DNA from: Candidatus Krumholzibacteriia bacterium
Lineage (GTDB): Bacteria; Krumholzibacteriota; Krumholzibacteriia; JAJRXK01
Reading direction: 5' to 3'
NCBI GenBank assembly: GCA_041484665.1
Contig: JBGPIA010000001.1
Coordinates: 736,001 to 800,000, forward strand
DNA: 64,000 nt
In this document: positions 18,048-27,364 of the stretch, one piece after another
How the letters are laid out: each line of letters opens with the position of its first letter
Position numbering within the stretch: position 1 is the stretch's first letter
Program-made: the position numbers and the translations under genes
The notes under the pieces: model-generated
What the model was told of the DNA's origin: nothing
The model's input: only the letters and a program-made list of their open reading frames with translations
The model's database searches: none

Positions 18048-18683
18048 GTGAGTCAGGCAGAGGCGGCCGCCCCGGTGCGCCATGGTGCGCTCCATCGGCA
18101 GTCGTTCTCCATCGACCGCTACTTCGGGACCGCGACGCCGGGGAAGATCGGGATGTGGATCTTCCTCGTGGCGGACGCCATGGGTTTTGGGGGGCTGCTG
18201 ATCGCCTACGCCAATCTGCGGCGCTCCACGACGTGGCCGAACCCGGCCCACGTCCTGGGCATCCAGATCTCGGGTGTCGCCACCTTCATCCTGATCTGCA
18301 GCAGCGTCTCGATGGTCCTGGCGGTGGCCGCCGCGCAGGCCGCCAACCGCAAGGCGCTGATCCGTTATCTGGCGCTGACCATCCTGGGTGGCCTGGTCTT
18401 CCTGAGCATCCAGGCGACCGAGTACACCAAGCTCGTGCGCGAGGGCATGGGCTTCGCCCACTTCAGCCACGGCACGGGCCTTTTCGGCTCGACGTTCTAC
18501 TCGATCACGGGATTCCACGGGTGCCACGTGTTCTCCGGCGTGATCTACCTGACGGTGATCCTGCTCAAGTCGCTGCGCGGCCGGTACGACGGCGACGCCA
18601 GCCACGTAGAGCTCGTCGGGCTGTTCTGGCACTTCGTGGACCTGATCTGGATCCTCGTCTTCACCTTCGTCTACCTGCTCTAG
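18048..18683 (+). CDS. ctaE: Second cytochrome c oxidase subunit III-like protein
   Basis: KIGMWIFL, TFILICSS, FYSITGFHGCHV and FWHFVDLIW motifs. Confidence 0.9.
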   Translation: MSQAEAAAPVRHGALHRQSFSIDRYFGTATPGKIGMWIFLVADAMGFGGLLIAYANLRRSTTWPNPAHVLGIQISGVATFILICSSVSMVLAVAAAQAANRKALIRYLALTILGGLVFLSIQATEYTKLVREGMGFAHFSHGTGLFGSTFYSITGFHGCHVFSGVIYLTVILLKSLRGRYDGDASHVELVGLFWHFVDLIWILVFTFVYLL

Positions 18684-18694
18684 CGGGGGGCTCC

Positions 18695-18970
18695 ATGTCG
18701 TCGTCGCACAACAAGACGAAACAGTACATCCTGATCTGGGCCGTGCTGGCCGTGCTCACCGTCCTGGAGATCTTGGTGGCGACCCAGCTCCCCCACACCA
18801 CCTCGCGTTGGATGTGCCTGGTGCTGCTGGCGGTCTCGAAGGCCGCGTGCGTGGCCCTCTGGTACATGCACCTCAAGCTGGAGCGCGGCTGGCTGAAGTT
18901 CATCGCGGTGCTGCCCGCCACCGCGGCCGTCTACGCCCTCGTGCTGATGCGCGAGGTCGTGGCGCGCTGA
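18695..18970 (+). CDS. ctaF: Cytochrome c oxidase subunit IV family protein
   Basis: Three TM helices; LTVLE and KA..VALWYMHLK motifs. Confidence 0.85.
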   Translation: MSSSHNKTKQYILIWAVLAVLTVLEILVATQLPHTTSRWMCLVLLAVSKAACVALWYMHLKLERGWLKFIAVLPATAAVYALVLMREVVAR

Positions 18971-19037
18971 GCGCCAGGGCCTGCGCGCGGCCCCACGGCG
19001 CTCGTGCGGGGCGGCCGGGCGGGCCGATGCCTACGCC

Positions 19038-19478
19038 ATGATCCTGTCCCTGCTGCCCACGCTGAATGCCTGCCTCAACGCGGCGGCGGCCGTGCTGTTG
19101 CTGCTGGGCTATCGCGCCATCAAGGCCGGCCGCACGCAGCAACACCACAAGATCATGATCGCGGCGTGCCTCACCGCCGCCGCCTTCCTCACCAGCTACG
19201 TGATCTACCACTCGCAGCATGGGTTGTCTCGCTTCCAGGGCAGAGGCCCCGTCCGCCCCATCTACTTCACCATCCTGACGACGCACACCACGCTGGCAGT
19301 TGTGCAGGTCCCCCTGATCATCACGACGCTCGTACTGGCCATGCGCGGTCGCATCGAGCGCCATCGCCGCTGGGCGAAGGTGACGTTCCCGATCTGGCTC
19401 TACGTGTCGGTGACGGGCGTGATCATCTACCTGATGCTGTACCACCTGTACCCGCAAGCGCCGGTGGCCGCGCGCTGA
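19038..19478 (+). CDS. DUF420 membrane protein (CtaM-like oxidase assembly factor)
   Basis: LPTLNACLN, FLTSYVIYH and HRRWAKVTFPIWLYVSVTG motifs. Confidence 0.9.
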   Translation: MILSLLPTLNACLNAAAAVLLLLGYRAIKAGRTQQHHKIMIAACLTAAAFLTSYVIYHSQHGLSRFQGRGPVRPIYFTILTTHTTLAVVQVPLIITTLVLAMRGRIERHRRWAKVTFPIWLYVSVTGVIIYLMLYHLYPQAPVAAR

Positions 19479-19503
19479 GCCGTGCACACGAGGGAGTAGG
19501 GTC

Positions 19504-19821
19504 GTGGAGGTCGGGCGCTGGGATAAGCAGGCGGACGGGCCGCTCAGCGAGAGCGCGCTGCGCCAGCGCCTCGAGGCGCTGGGCTACGAGGTCTCCTTCT
19601 ACGTCTACCCGCCCGGCACTGCGTTTCCGTCCCATACGCACGGCGTGGACAAGATCGACGCCGTGCTCTCCGGGCACTTCCGCCTGTCGATGAACGGTGA
19701 GAGCGTGGTCTTGGGGCCAGGTGAGTGGCTGGCCGTGCCGTCCGGCGTGGTGCACAGCGCTGAGGTCGTGGGGGATCGGACGGTGGTCTCGCTCGACGCG
19801 GTGCGCCCGCGGTCGCGGTAG
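19504..19821 (+). CDS. Cupin domain protein
   Basis: PSHTHGVDKID and VPSGVVHSAEV cupin motifs; GTG start. Confidence 0.8.
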   Translation: MEVGRWDKQADGPLSESALRQRLEALGYEVSFYVYPPGTAFPSHTHGVDKIDAVLSGHFRLSMNGESVVLGPGEWLAVPSGVVHSAEVVGDRTVVSLDAVRPRSR

Positions 19822-19937
19822 AGCGCCGAGGCGGCCGGCGGCGGGAGGCCCTGCGGCAGGGACGCCGGCAGCGGGAGCGTAACCGGCCACGTAGAAAGCA
19901 GGCGGTCGCTGGATGCGCGCCAGCACGGGCGCCGGCC

Positions 19938-19967
19938 TTGACCCTTCCCCGGTGGCGCTGGTAGATT
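19938..19967 (+). promoter_or_regulatory. Putative sigma70 promoter of ctaAB
   Basis: TTGACC-18 nt-TAGATT, the same architecture as the ctaC promoter. Confidence 0.5.
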
Positions 19968-20016
19968 CCCCGCCACTTCCCAGCGGGCGTCCTCTCGGTC
20001 CCCTCGTTTCCAACGC

Positions 20017-22005
20017 ATGGTCTCTGCTCGTCTCAGCCGCCTCTTGGTTGTCCTGACGCTCGGGCTCATCACGCTCGGCGGCGTCGTGCACAACACCGAG
20101 AGCAGCCTCGCCTGCCCGGACTGGCCACTCTGCTTCGGCCAGGTCTTCCCGAAGATGCAGGGCGGCGTGGCGATCGAGCACAGCCACCGCCTAGTGGCGG
20201 CGCTCGTGGGGTTGCTGAGCATCGTGCTGGCCGTCGCGCTGCACCGACGCCGCCGCGACGACCCCGCAGCAGCGCACCTGGGCTGGACTGCGCTGGCCCT
20301 GGTCGTCGCCCAAGGGTTGTTGGGCGGGATCACGGTGCTGCTGCGGCTGCCGACCTTGGTCTCGACGGCCCACCTGGGGACGGCTCTGTTGTACTTCTGT
20401 ACGATGGTTCGCCTCGCGCTGCATCTGGCCGGCAGCGCCGCCCGCGAGCCGGCGGCGACCGTCGGCGCGGACGGGCTCGAGTCGGTGGGTCCGCGCGAGC
20501 CGGCGGCGGTCACCGCCGCGGGGACGGCTGGCGTGCCCGCGGCGCTCGGCGAGGCTCGCCGCTGGATCACCGCAGCGCTGGTCTGCGTCTACGCCCAGAC
20601 GCTCCTGGGGGCCTTCGTGCGGCACACGGGCAGCGGTGCGGCGGCGGGCCTGGGGCCGGGCGCCGCGTGGCTGGCGCGCGACCTGGAGCGCGGCGTCTCG
20701 ACCCTCTGGCCGGCGGACGGACCTGGCCGCCTGAATATGCTGCACCGCCTCGCCGCGCTGCTGGTCTTGGCGGTGGTCCTGACGGGGGCTGGCCGCGTGG
20801 TGCGCGCGGCGCGCCCCGGCCGGCGCGAGCGCAGCCTCGCCATCGCGGCGGTCTTGCTGGTGGCGCTTCAGGCGTCGTTGGGCGTGGCGAGCATCTGGAC
20901 CTACCTGAGCGTGACCGCGGTCACGCTGCACCTGTCGGTGGCGACGTTGCTGCTGGGCGTGCTGCTCGCCCTGCGCCTCGAGCTGCCGGGAGTCGCGCAC
21001 GCTACGGTCGTGGCCGGCGGCGTACGAGCCCTGCGCCGCGCGGGGCCTGCGGCGACGGGTGCCACGACGGCAGGCGCCACGACCGCAGGTGCCGCCGCCG
21101 TGGGCGCGGGGGCTGCGGTCGCCGCCGCACGCCCGCTGCCGGCAACCGGGGCACTGCGCGTGCTGGCCGACCTGGTGGCCCTGACCAAGCCGAGGCTGCT
21201 GATGCTGGTGGTGTTCACCAGCGGGGCGGGGCTGGTGCTCGCGCCCGGCACGGTGACCCTGCGCAGCGGCGCGACGGCTATCGCGCTCACCGCCTTGATC
21301 GTGGCCGCTGGAACGACGCTCAACATGCACCTCGAGCGCGATCTCGATGCACTCATGGAGCGGACGCGCGAGCGACCGCTGCCTGCGGGCCGGCTGCGCC
21401 CGGCCGTGGCCCTGGCCATGGGGATCCTGCTGGCGTGCGTCTCGGTGCCCCTGCTCTTCCTGTTCGTGAACCCGCTGACCGCCGTGCTGGGGACGCTGGC
21501 GTTCGCGCTCTACGTCGGCGCCTACACGCCCATGAAGCGGCGCAGCGCGGCCTCGGTCTACATCGGCGCCATCCCCGGTGCGACCCCGATCGTGATGGGT
21601 TGGACTGCGGCGACCGGCCACCTCGACCCGGGCGCCCTGTCGCTGTTCGCCATCCTGTTCCTGTGGCAGCTGCCGCATTTCATGGCGATCTCGCTCTACC
21701 GCAAGAGCGAGTACGCCGCGGCGGGCATCCGGATCCTGCCGCTGGTCGTCGGCGAGCGAGCGACCCGCTGGCACGCCGTGGCGGCGGCCCTGCTGCTGAC
21801 CGTGGCCACGCTGGTCCCCGCGGCGCTGGGCCTGGCCAGCCGGCCGTACCTCGCCGTCGCGGCCCTGCTGGCCCTGGCCACGCTGATCGGCAGCGTGCAC
21901 GTCCTGCGCGAGCGCGCGGAGCTCTCGTGGGCGCGCCGCTACTTCCTCGGCAGCCTCGTCTACCTGCCCGTGCTGCTGGGAACGCTGGTCATCGGGGCCC
22001 TCTGA
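20017..22005 (+). CDS. ctaB: Fused heme A synthase (CtaA/COX15) and protoheme IX farnesyltransferase (CtaB/CyoE)
   Basis: N-half LACPDWPLC, EHSHR, AHL, LHR, LHL; Ala/Thr/Gly linker; C-half LTKPR, ERDLDALMERTRERPLP, YTPMKR and WQLPHF. Confidence 0.92.
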   Translation: MVSARLSRLLVVLTLGLITLGGVVHNTESSLACPDWPLCFGQVFPKMQGGVAIEHSHRLVAALVGLLSIVLAVALHRRRRDDPAAAHLGWTALALVVAQGLLGGITVLLRLPTLVSTAHLGTALLYFCTMVRLALHLAGSAAREPAATVGADGLESVGPREPAAVTAAGTAGVPAALGEARRWITAALVCVYAQTLLGAFVRHTGSGAAAGLGPGAAWLARDLERGVSTLWPADGPGRLNMLHRLAALLVLAVVLTGAGRVVRAARPGRRERSLAIAAVLLVALQASLGVASIWTYLSVTAVTLHLSVATLLLGVLLALRLELPGVAHATVVAGGVRALRRAGPAATGATTAGATTAGAAAVGAGAAVAAARPLPATGALRVLADLVALTKPRLLMLVVFTSGAGLVLAPGTVTLRSGATAIALTALIVAAGTTLNMHLERDLDALMERTRERPLPAGRLRPAVALAMGILLACVSVPLLFLFVNPLTAVLGTLAFALYVGAYTPMKRRSAASVYIGAIPGATPIVMGWTAATGHLDPGALSLFAILFLWQLPHFMAISLYRKSEYAAAGIRILPLVVGERATRWHAVAAALLLTVATLVPAALGLASRPYLAVAALLALATLIGSVHVLRERAELSWARRYFLGSLVYLPVLLGTLVIGAL

Positions 22006-22009
22006 CGCC

Positions 22010-24241
22010 ATGGCCCGCCCCCGCGTCGATGCCGGCGGCGGATTCCCCGCCATGCTCTACGTGCTGCGCAAAGGGCGCCAGGCTGGGGGTCTGCGCAAGC
22101 TGTACTCTCGCCTGCGCAGCCGCAACGTCTGCAAGACCTGCGCGCTGGGCATGGGCGGCCAGCGCGGTGGCATGGTGGACGAGAGCGGCCGCTTTCCGTC
22201 GGTGTGCAAGAAGTCGGTGCAGGCGCAGGCCAGTGACATGGCCGGAACGCTGCCGGAGGAGTTCTTCGGCGCCCACAGCCTCGCCGAGCTGGCCACCTTC
22301 ACCTCGGCGCAGTGGGAGCGCCAAGGGCGCCTGGCCTTCCCGGTGATCGCCGAGCCCGCGGCCACGCACTTCCGCCGCGTCGGCTGGCACGAGGCCCTCG
22401 ACCGCGCCGGCTACGCGCTGCGCGCGGCACCTCCCCGCGAGGTCTTCTTCTACACGTCGGGACGCAGCAGCAACGAGGCCGCCTTCCTGCTGCAGCTCGT
22501 CGCGCGCGCCTTCGGCACGCCCAACATCCACAACTGCTCGTTCTACTGCCACGCTGCCTCCGGTGTGGCGCTGGCTCGCGTCTACGGGTCGGGCACGGCC
22601 TCCGTGACGCTGGAGGACGTCCGAGCGGCCGACCTGGCGGTGGTCGCCGGAGCCAACCCCGCCAGCAATCACCCCCGCCTGATGACCCAGCTGGTGGAGC
22701 TGCGCCGCCGCGGCGGGAAGGTGCTGGTCATCAACCCAATGAAGGAGCTGGGTCTCACGCGCTTCCGGCTGCCGTCGGACTGGCGGAGCTTGCTGGGCGG
22801 CTCGCAGGTGAGCGATCTGTACCTGCAGCCCAACGTGGGCAGCGACGTCGCGCTGTTCAAGGCGTTGCTCAAGGGACTGCTCGAGGCGGGCGGCGCCGAC
22901 AGCGGGTTCATCGCGCAGCACACGGCCGGGTTCGACCTGGTGGAGGCCGACCTGCGCGGTAGCTCCTGGGACGAGCTGCTGGACGCCTGCGGCGTGCCCC
23001 GCGCCCAGGTCGACCAGGCGGTGGGGATGCTGCTGCAGGCGCGCCGGGGGATCTTTATGTGGGCGATGGGGCTCACGCACCACGTCCACGGCGTAGACAA
23101 CATCCTCGCCTTGTCCAACCTGGCGCTGGCGCGCGGGTGGCTGGGGCGGCCGGGCTGCGGGCTGCTGCCCATCCGCGGCCACTCCAACGTGCAGGGCGTG
23201 GGCTCGGTCGGCGTGACACCGGGCCTGAAGCGGGCCTTCGCCGCCAAGCTGGAGGAGCTTTACGGCATCAGCATCCCGGCCACGCCCGGGCAGGACACCT
23301 ACGCCTCGATGGTGGCCGCAGCCGCGGGGCGCGTGCGGGCGGCAGTGCTGCTGGGCGGCAATCTCTACGCCAGCAATCCCGACCTGCGATGGGCGGCCGC
23401 GGCGCTTTCGCGCATCGGCACGACGGTCTCCATCACCACCAAGCTCAACGAGGGGCACGTGCACGGCCGGGGGCAGACGGCGATCCTGTTACCCGTCCTC
23501 GCCCGCGACGAGGAGGCCCAGGCCACCACCCAGGAGTCGATGTTCAATTTCGTCCGCCTGTCCGATGGCGGCGAGCCCGCGGTCCAAGGTGAGATGCGCT
23601 CGGAGGTCGACGTCATCGCATCGCTCGCCGAGCGCGTGCTGCCGCCTTCGCGCTTCGACTGGACGGCCCTGCGCGACCACCACCACTTGCGCCAGCAGAT
23701 CAGCAAGGTCGTGCCGGGCTATCAGGAGATCGCTGCCATCGACGAGAGCCAGCACGAGTTCCAGATCGCCGGGCGCACGTTCCACGCGCCGCGGTTCGCG
23801 ACGGCGGACGGCCGCGCGCGCTTCCACGTGACACCCATCCCCGAATTCGCCACGCGGGCGCAGGACGGCGAGTTCCGCCTGATGACCCTGCGCAGCGAGG
23901 GGCAGTTCAACACGGTCGTCTACGAGGAGGAGGACGTCTACCGCGGCAACGCGCGGCGCGACGTGGTGATGATGAGCGAGCAGGACGCGCTGCGCCTGGG
24001 GCTGGCCGAGGGCAGCCGCGTGACCGTCGAGACCGAGGCGGGCTGGATGGCCGCGTCGGTGGCGGTCGTCGACCTGCCACCCGGCAACATCGCCATGTAC
24101 TACCCCGAGGCCAACGTGCTCGTGCCGCGGCGCATCGACCCGCAGAGCAAGACGCCCGCGTTCAAGAGCGTGAAGGCGAAGGTCAAGACGCTTGCCGCTT
24201 CCGCCAGCGCCGAAGCTGCAGTGCCGGCGACGCCACGCTGA
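22010..24241 (+). CDS. FdhF/YdeP family molybdopterin oxidoreductase
   Basis: CKTCALG, YTSGRSSNEA, NCSFYCH, PIRGHSNVQG, RSEGQFNT and SKTPAFKS motifs. Confidence 0.92.
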   Translation: MARPRVDAGGGFPAMLYVLRKGRQAGGLRKLYSRLRSRNVCKTCALGMGGQRGGMVDESGRFPSVCKKSVQAQASDMAGTLPEEFFGAHSLAELATFTSAQWERQGRLAFPVIAEPAATHFRRVGWHEALDRAGYALRAAPPREVFFYTSGRSSNEAAFLLQLVARAFGTPNIHNCSFYCHAASGVALARVYGSGTASVTLEDVRAADLAVVAGANPASNHPRLMTQLVELRRRGGKVLVINPMKELGLTRFRLPSDWRSLLGGSQVSDLYLQPNVGSDVALFKALLKGLLEAGGADSGFIAQHTAGFDLVEADLRGSSWDELLDACGVPRAQVDQAVGMLLQARRGIFMWAMGLTHHVHGVDNILALSNLALARGWLGRPGCGLLPIRGHSNVQGVGSVGVTPGLKRAFAAKLEELYGISIPATPGQDTYASMVAAAAGRVRAAVLLGGNLYASNPDLRWAAAALSRIGTTVSITTKLNEGHVHGRGQTAILLPVLARDEEAQATTQESMFNFVRLSDGGEPAVQGEMRSEVDVIASLAERVLPPSRFDWTALRDHHHLRQQISKVVPGYQEIAAIDESQHEFQIAGRTFHAPRFATADGRARFHVTPIPEFATRAQDGEFRLMTLRSEGQFNTVVYEEEDVYRGNARRDVVMMSEQDALRLGLAEGSRVTVETEAGWMAASVAVVDLPPGNIAMYYPEANVLVPRRIDPQSKTPAFKSVKAKVKTLAASASAEAAVPATPR

Positions 24242-24250
24242 CCCAGGCGC

Positions 24251-24814
24251 TCAGGGGAGGATGGCGACAAACAGCTGGGCTGGGCCGTGCGCAGGCACGA
24301 CCAGCGTCTTCTCGACGTCGGCCGTACGGCTGGGCCCCGTGATCATCGTGAAGTCGCCGGCGGGAAGTCGGCTCAGCGCGTCCGCCAGCCGCGGCACGAT
24401 GCGGCCCGCCTCGGTCACGACGAGATGCACGCGGGGCAGCAACGACAAGGCCCACGGCTCGTGCAAAGAGCGGGTCAGGATCAAGCTTGCGCTCTCGGCG
24501 ACCAACAGGTCGGCGCCGCCCAGACCGGCATCGAGCTCCGCCATCTGCTGGAGAGACGGCGGGGCGGACGGATCGATGACGGTCAGTGAATCCAGCTCGC
24601 GCCGCAGCAGTGCGACGACGGCCGCAAGCTCCGGCCGCGACGCGGCCAGCACCCGCTGCGCCTGCTGCTCGCGCAGGACCAGGGCGAGCCAGCCAGCGGC
24701 TTCCGCCGGCGTCGCGCACGCGCGCACGGCTCCATGCGTCACGCCACCACACTCCACCAGCGGCGCGAACGCCTCGGCGAACCGCCGCAGCTCCCCCGGC
24801 GCGACGACGCTCAT
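24251..24814 (-). CDS. lutC: Lactate utilization protein C (LUD domain)
   Basis: SLLPRVH and ITGPSRTADVE..AHGP; position after lutB. Confidence 0.85.
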   Translation of the reverse strand: MSVVAPGELRRFAEAFAPLVECGGVTHGAVRACATPAEAAGWLALVLREQQAQRVLAASRPELAAVVALLRRELDSLTVIDPSAPPSLQQMAELDAGLGGADLLVAESASLILTRSLHEPWALSLLPRVHLVVTEAGRIVPRLADALSRLPAGDFTMITGPSRTADVEKTLVVPAHGPAQLFVAILP

Positions 24815-26343
24815 GCTGCGGGCCTGCGGGTGCCCGCGGCGCGCTCGCGCCTCTCCCATTCCTTCAGGAAGCTGCGGCGCGCAGGCGTGGGCAGGCTGCG
24901 GCCTAACGTCCAGCCACCGACCAGCGCGGCCGCCAGGCGGGATCTAGGGCGAGCGTTGCCGGAGCCGCCCGCGGCGCGCGTGCCCCCGCCGGAGCCTGTG
25001 GCACGGCGCAGGATCGCGCGGCCAGCACCCGCCACGAAGTGGAACAGACGCGGGCGGCTCAGCACGAACGCCCACGCACTCCAGCCGAGCACCTCGAGAC
25101 GTCCGGCGCCGGCCGCCGGCGCCTGCGCGCCGCTCGTGTCGCGGCCGCCGACGCCGTCGCCGTCGGTGTGACCGCGAGCGACGCCACCCGAGCCACGCAC
25201 GTAGCGCTCCCGTCCCTCCCGCAGCAACTCTGGCAGGTCGATGCCCACCGGGCAGACGTCGCGACAGGCACCGCACAGAGACGACGCGAACGGCAGCGCG
25301 GCGCCGGCCGCCGCGTCGATACCGATCCCATGCGGCCCGAGCAACGACCCGATCGGCCCGGGGTACACCGAACCGTACGCATATCCGCCGATCCGCTCGT
25401 AGACGGGACAGGCGTTGAGACACGCGCCGCAGCGGATGCAGGCCAGGATCTCGCGGCGCACCGGATCGGCGTGGATGCGCCGGCGCCCGCCGTCGAGCAG
25501 CACGACGTGACGCTCGGGCGGGCCCGCCCCACCCACGACGGAGACGTAGGTCCCCATCTCCTGCCCCGTCGCGCTGCGCGGCAGCACGGCCAGCAGGGGG
25601 CCCAGGTCGGCCCGGCGCGCGATCACCTTCTCGATGCCTGCCACGGCCACGTGCAGCCGGGGCAGCGTGAGACACATGCGGATGTTGGCCTCGTTCTCCA
25701 GCAGTACGAGCTCTCCGGTCTCGGCGATGAGTAGGTTCGCGCCCGAGATACCGGCATCCGCGCCCAGGAACCGCTGGCGCAACGCGCGCCGGGCGATCGC
25801 CGTCAGCTCGACCGGATCGTCGGTGTAGGCGACGCCCAGCTTATCGGCGAACAGACGGCCGATCTGCTGGCGCGTGAGATGGATCGCCGGCGCCGTGATG
25901 TGGCTGGGAGTCTGCCCCGCCAGCTGGACGATGAACTCGCCCAGGTCGGTCTCGATCGCATCGATACCGCAGCGCTGCAGCGCAGCATTGAGATGGACCT
26001 CCTCGGTAGCCATGGACTTGGCCTTGATCGCGCTGCGGGCGCCATGCTCCTGGAGAATCGTGACCACAATGCGGCAGGCCTCCGTGGCGTCGGCCGCGTG
26101 CCAGGTGCACCCGCCGGCGGCGGCGAAGTTGCGCTCGAACGCCGCTCCCAGCTCGTCGAGGCGCTCGACCGCCTCGTGGCGGATCGCCGTGGCGCTCGCG
26201 CGCTGTTCTGCCCAGTCGGGCATACGCGCGATGGACTGCTCGCGGCGGGCGCGACCGCGCGCAGTGGCGTTCTCATAGGGGCGCGCGAGCGCCGGGTCGG
26301 CCACGGCGGCGCGGATGCGGGCGCGCAGCGCTGCGAGGCTCAT
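24811..26343 (-). CDS. lutB: Lactate utilization Fe-S protein B
   Basis: ETDLGEFIVQL, PSHITAPAIH, CIRCGACLNACP and SLCGACRDVCP motifs. Confidence 0.93.
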   Translation of the reverse strand: MSLAALRARIRAAVADPALARPYENATARGRARREQSIARMPDWAEQRASATAIRHEAVERLDELGAAFERNFAAAGGCTWHAADATEACRIVVTILQEHGARSAIKAKSMATEEVHLNAALQRCGIDAIETDLGEFIVQLAGQTPSHITAPAIHLTRQQIGRLFADKLGVAYTDDPVELTAIARRALRQRFLGADAGISGANLLIAETGELVLLENEANIRMCLTLPRLHVAVAGIEKVIARRADLGPLLAVLPRSATGQEMGTYVSVVGGAGPPERHVVLLDGGRRRIHADPVRREILACIRCGACLNACPVYERIGGYAYGSVYPGPIGSLLGPHGIGIDAAAGAALPFASSLCGACRDVCPVGIDLPELLREGRERYVRGSGGVARGHTDGDGVGGRDTSGAQAPAAGAGRLEVLGWSAWAFVLSRPRLFHFVAGAGRAILRRATGSGGGTRAAGGSGNARPRSRLAAALVGGWTLGRSLPTPARRSFLKEWERRERAAGTRRPAA

Positions 26344-27089
26344 GCCGGCCGCTCCCCGCCGTCGCCGGCCAGCACCTGGGCCAGGTGCAGTACGCGCAGA
26401 TGGCCGCGATCCAGCCCGTCGCCACGCCAGCGAACGCGCGCGTCGAGGTGCGTCAGGCACATCACCTCGCCGCTGATGAGCAGATCGGCCTGGGCGCCGC
26501 GGATTGTCTCGAGCTTCGCGTCGGCCATGGCCACGCTCAACTCCGGCAGCTTGACCGCGAACGTCCCGCCGAAACCGCAGCAGAGGTCGGCGCGCGGTAG
26601 CTCCACCAGTTGCAGGCCGCTCACGTTGGCGAGCAGCCGCCGCGGCTGATCGTGGATCCCCAGCTCGCGCAGCCCGTGGCAGCCGTCATGGAGACAGGCC
26701 ACCGCCTCGCAGCGCGCGCCCACGTCCTCGACCCTCAGCACGTCCACGAGCAGTTCGCTCAGCTCGAAGGTACGCGCCGCGAGGTCCGCCGCCGAAGCGG
26801 CCTGCGGCTGGTCGGCGAAGAAGGCCGGATAGTGCCGGCGCACCAGCCCGGCGCACGACCCGGACGGGACCACGACCGTCTCGGCGTCGGCGAAGGCGCG
26901 CAGCCACGCCCGCCCCACGGCGCGTCCTTGATCACAGAAGCCGCTGTTGAACGCGGGCTGGCCACAGCAGGTCTGGCCCCGCGGGACGACGACCGCATGG
27001 CCCAGGCGCTCCAGCACGCGCACGGTGGACCAAGCCACCTCGGGGGCGAGCTGGTCGACGAAGCAGGGAACGAACAGATGGATGCGCAC
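26340..27089 (-). CDS. lutA: Lactate utilization Fe-S oxidoreductase A (CCG domains)
   Basis: PCFVD, QTCCGQPAFNSG, PSGSC, HDGCH and CCGFGGTF motifs. Confidence 0.93.
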   Translation of the reverse strand: MRIHLFVPCFVDQLAPEVAWSTVRVLERLGHAVVVPRGQTCCGQPAFNSGFCDQGRAVGRAWLRAFADAETVVVPSGSCAGLVRRHYPAFFADQPQAASAADLAARTFELSELLVDVLRVEDVGARCEAVACLHDGCHGLRELGIHDQPRRLLANVSGLQLVELPRADLCCGFGGTFAVKLPELSVAMADAKLETIRGAQADLLISGEVMCLTHLDARVRWRGDGLDRGHLRVLHLAQVLAGDGGERPA

Positions 27090-27364
27090 GACATCCTGGC
27101 GGCTGCAATGGAGGCGCGAAGCCGCAGAGCCGGCGCAAATCTAGCAGCCGTCCGGCCCGATCCCAAGGCGTGAGCCCCCACCGCGGAATCCTAAGTATGG
27201 CGAACGGCGCGCCGGGGTGCGCGCCGGGACAGACTCCAGTCCCGGTCGCCACATGGTGCGACCAGCCGCATCACATTTCCAGACTTTTTCGGACACCGTG
27301 CATGCCGTATCGGTTGGTCGGCCCCAGCCAGAATGAACTCGCCCTCTGCCGGGAGCGTGAACGC

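Noticed and set aside
21040..21125. Short GCCACGACxGCAGGx repeats
   Set aside because: They encode the Ala/Thr/Gly linker of CtaAB; not a CRISPR array or mobile repeat
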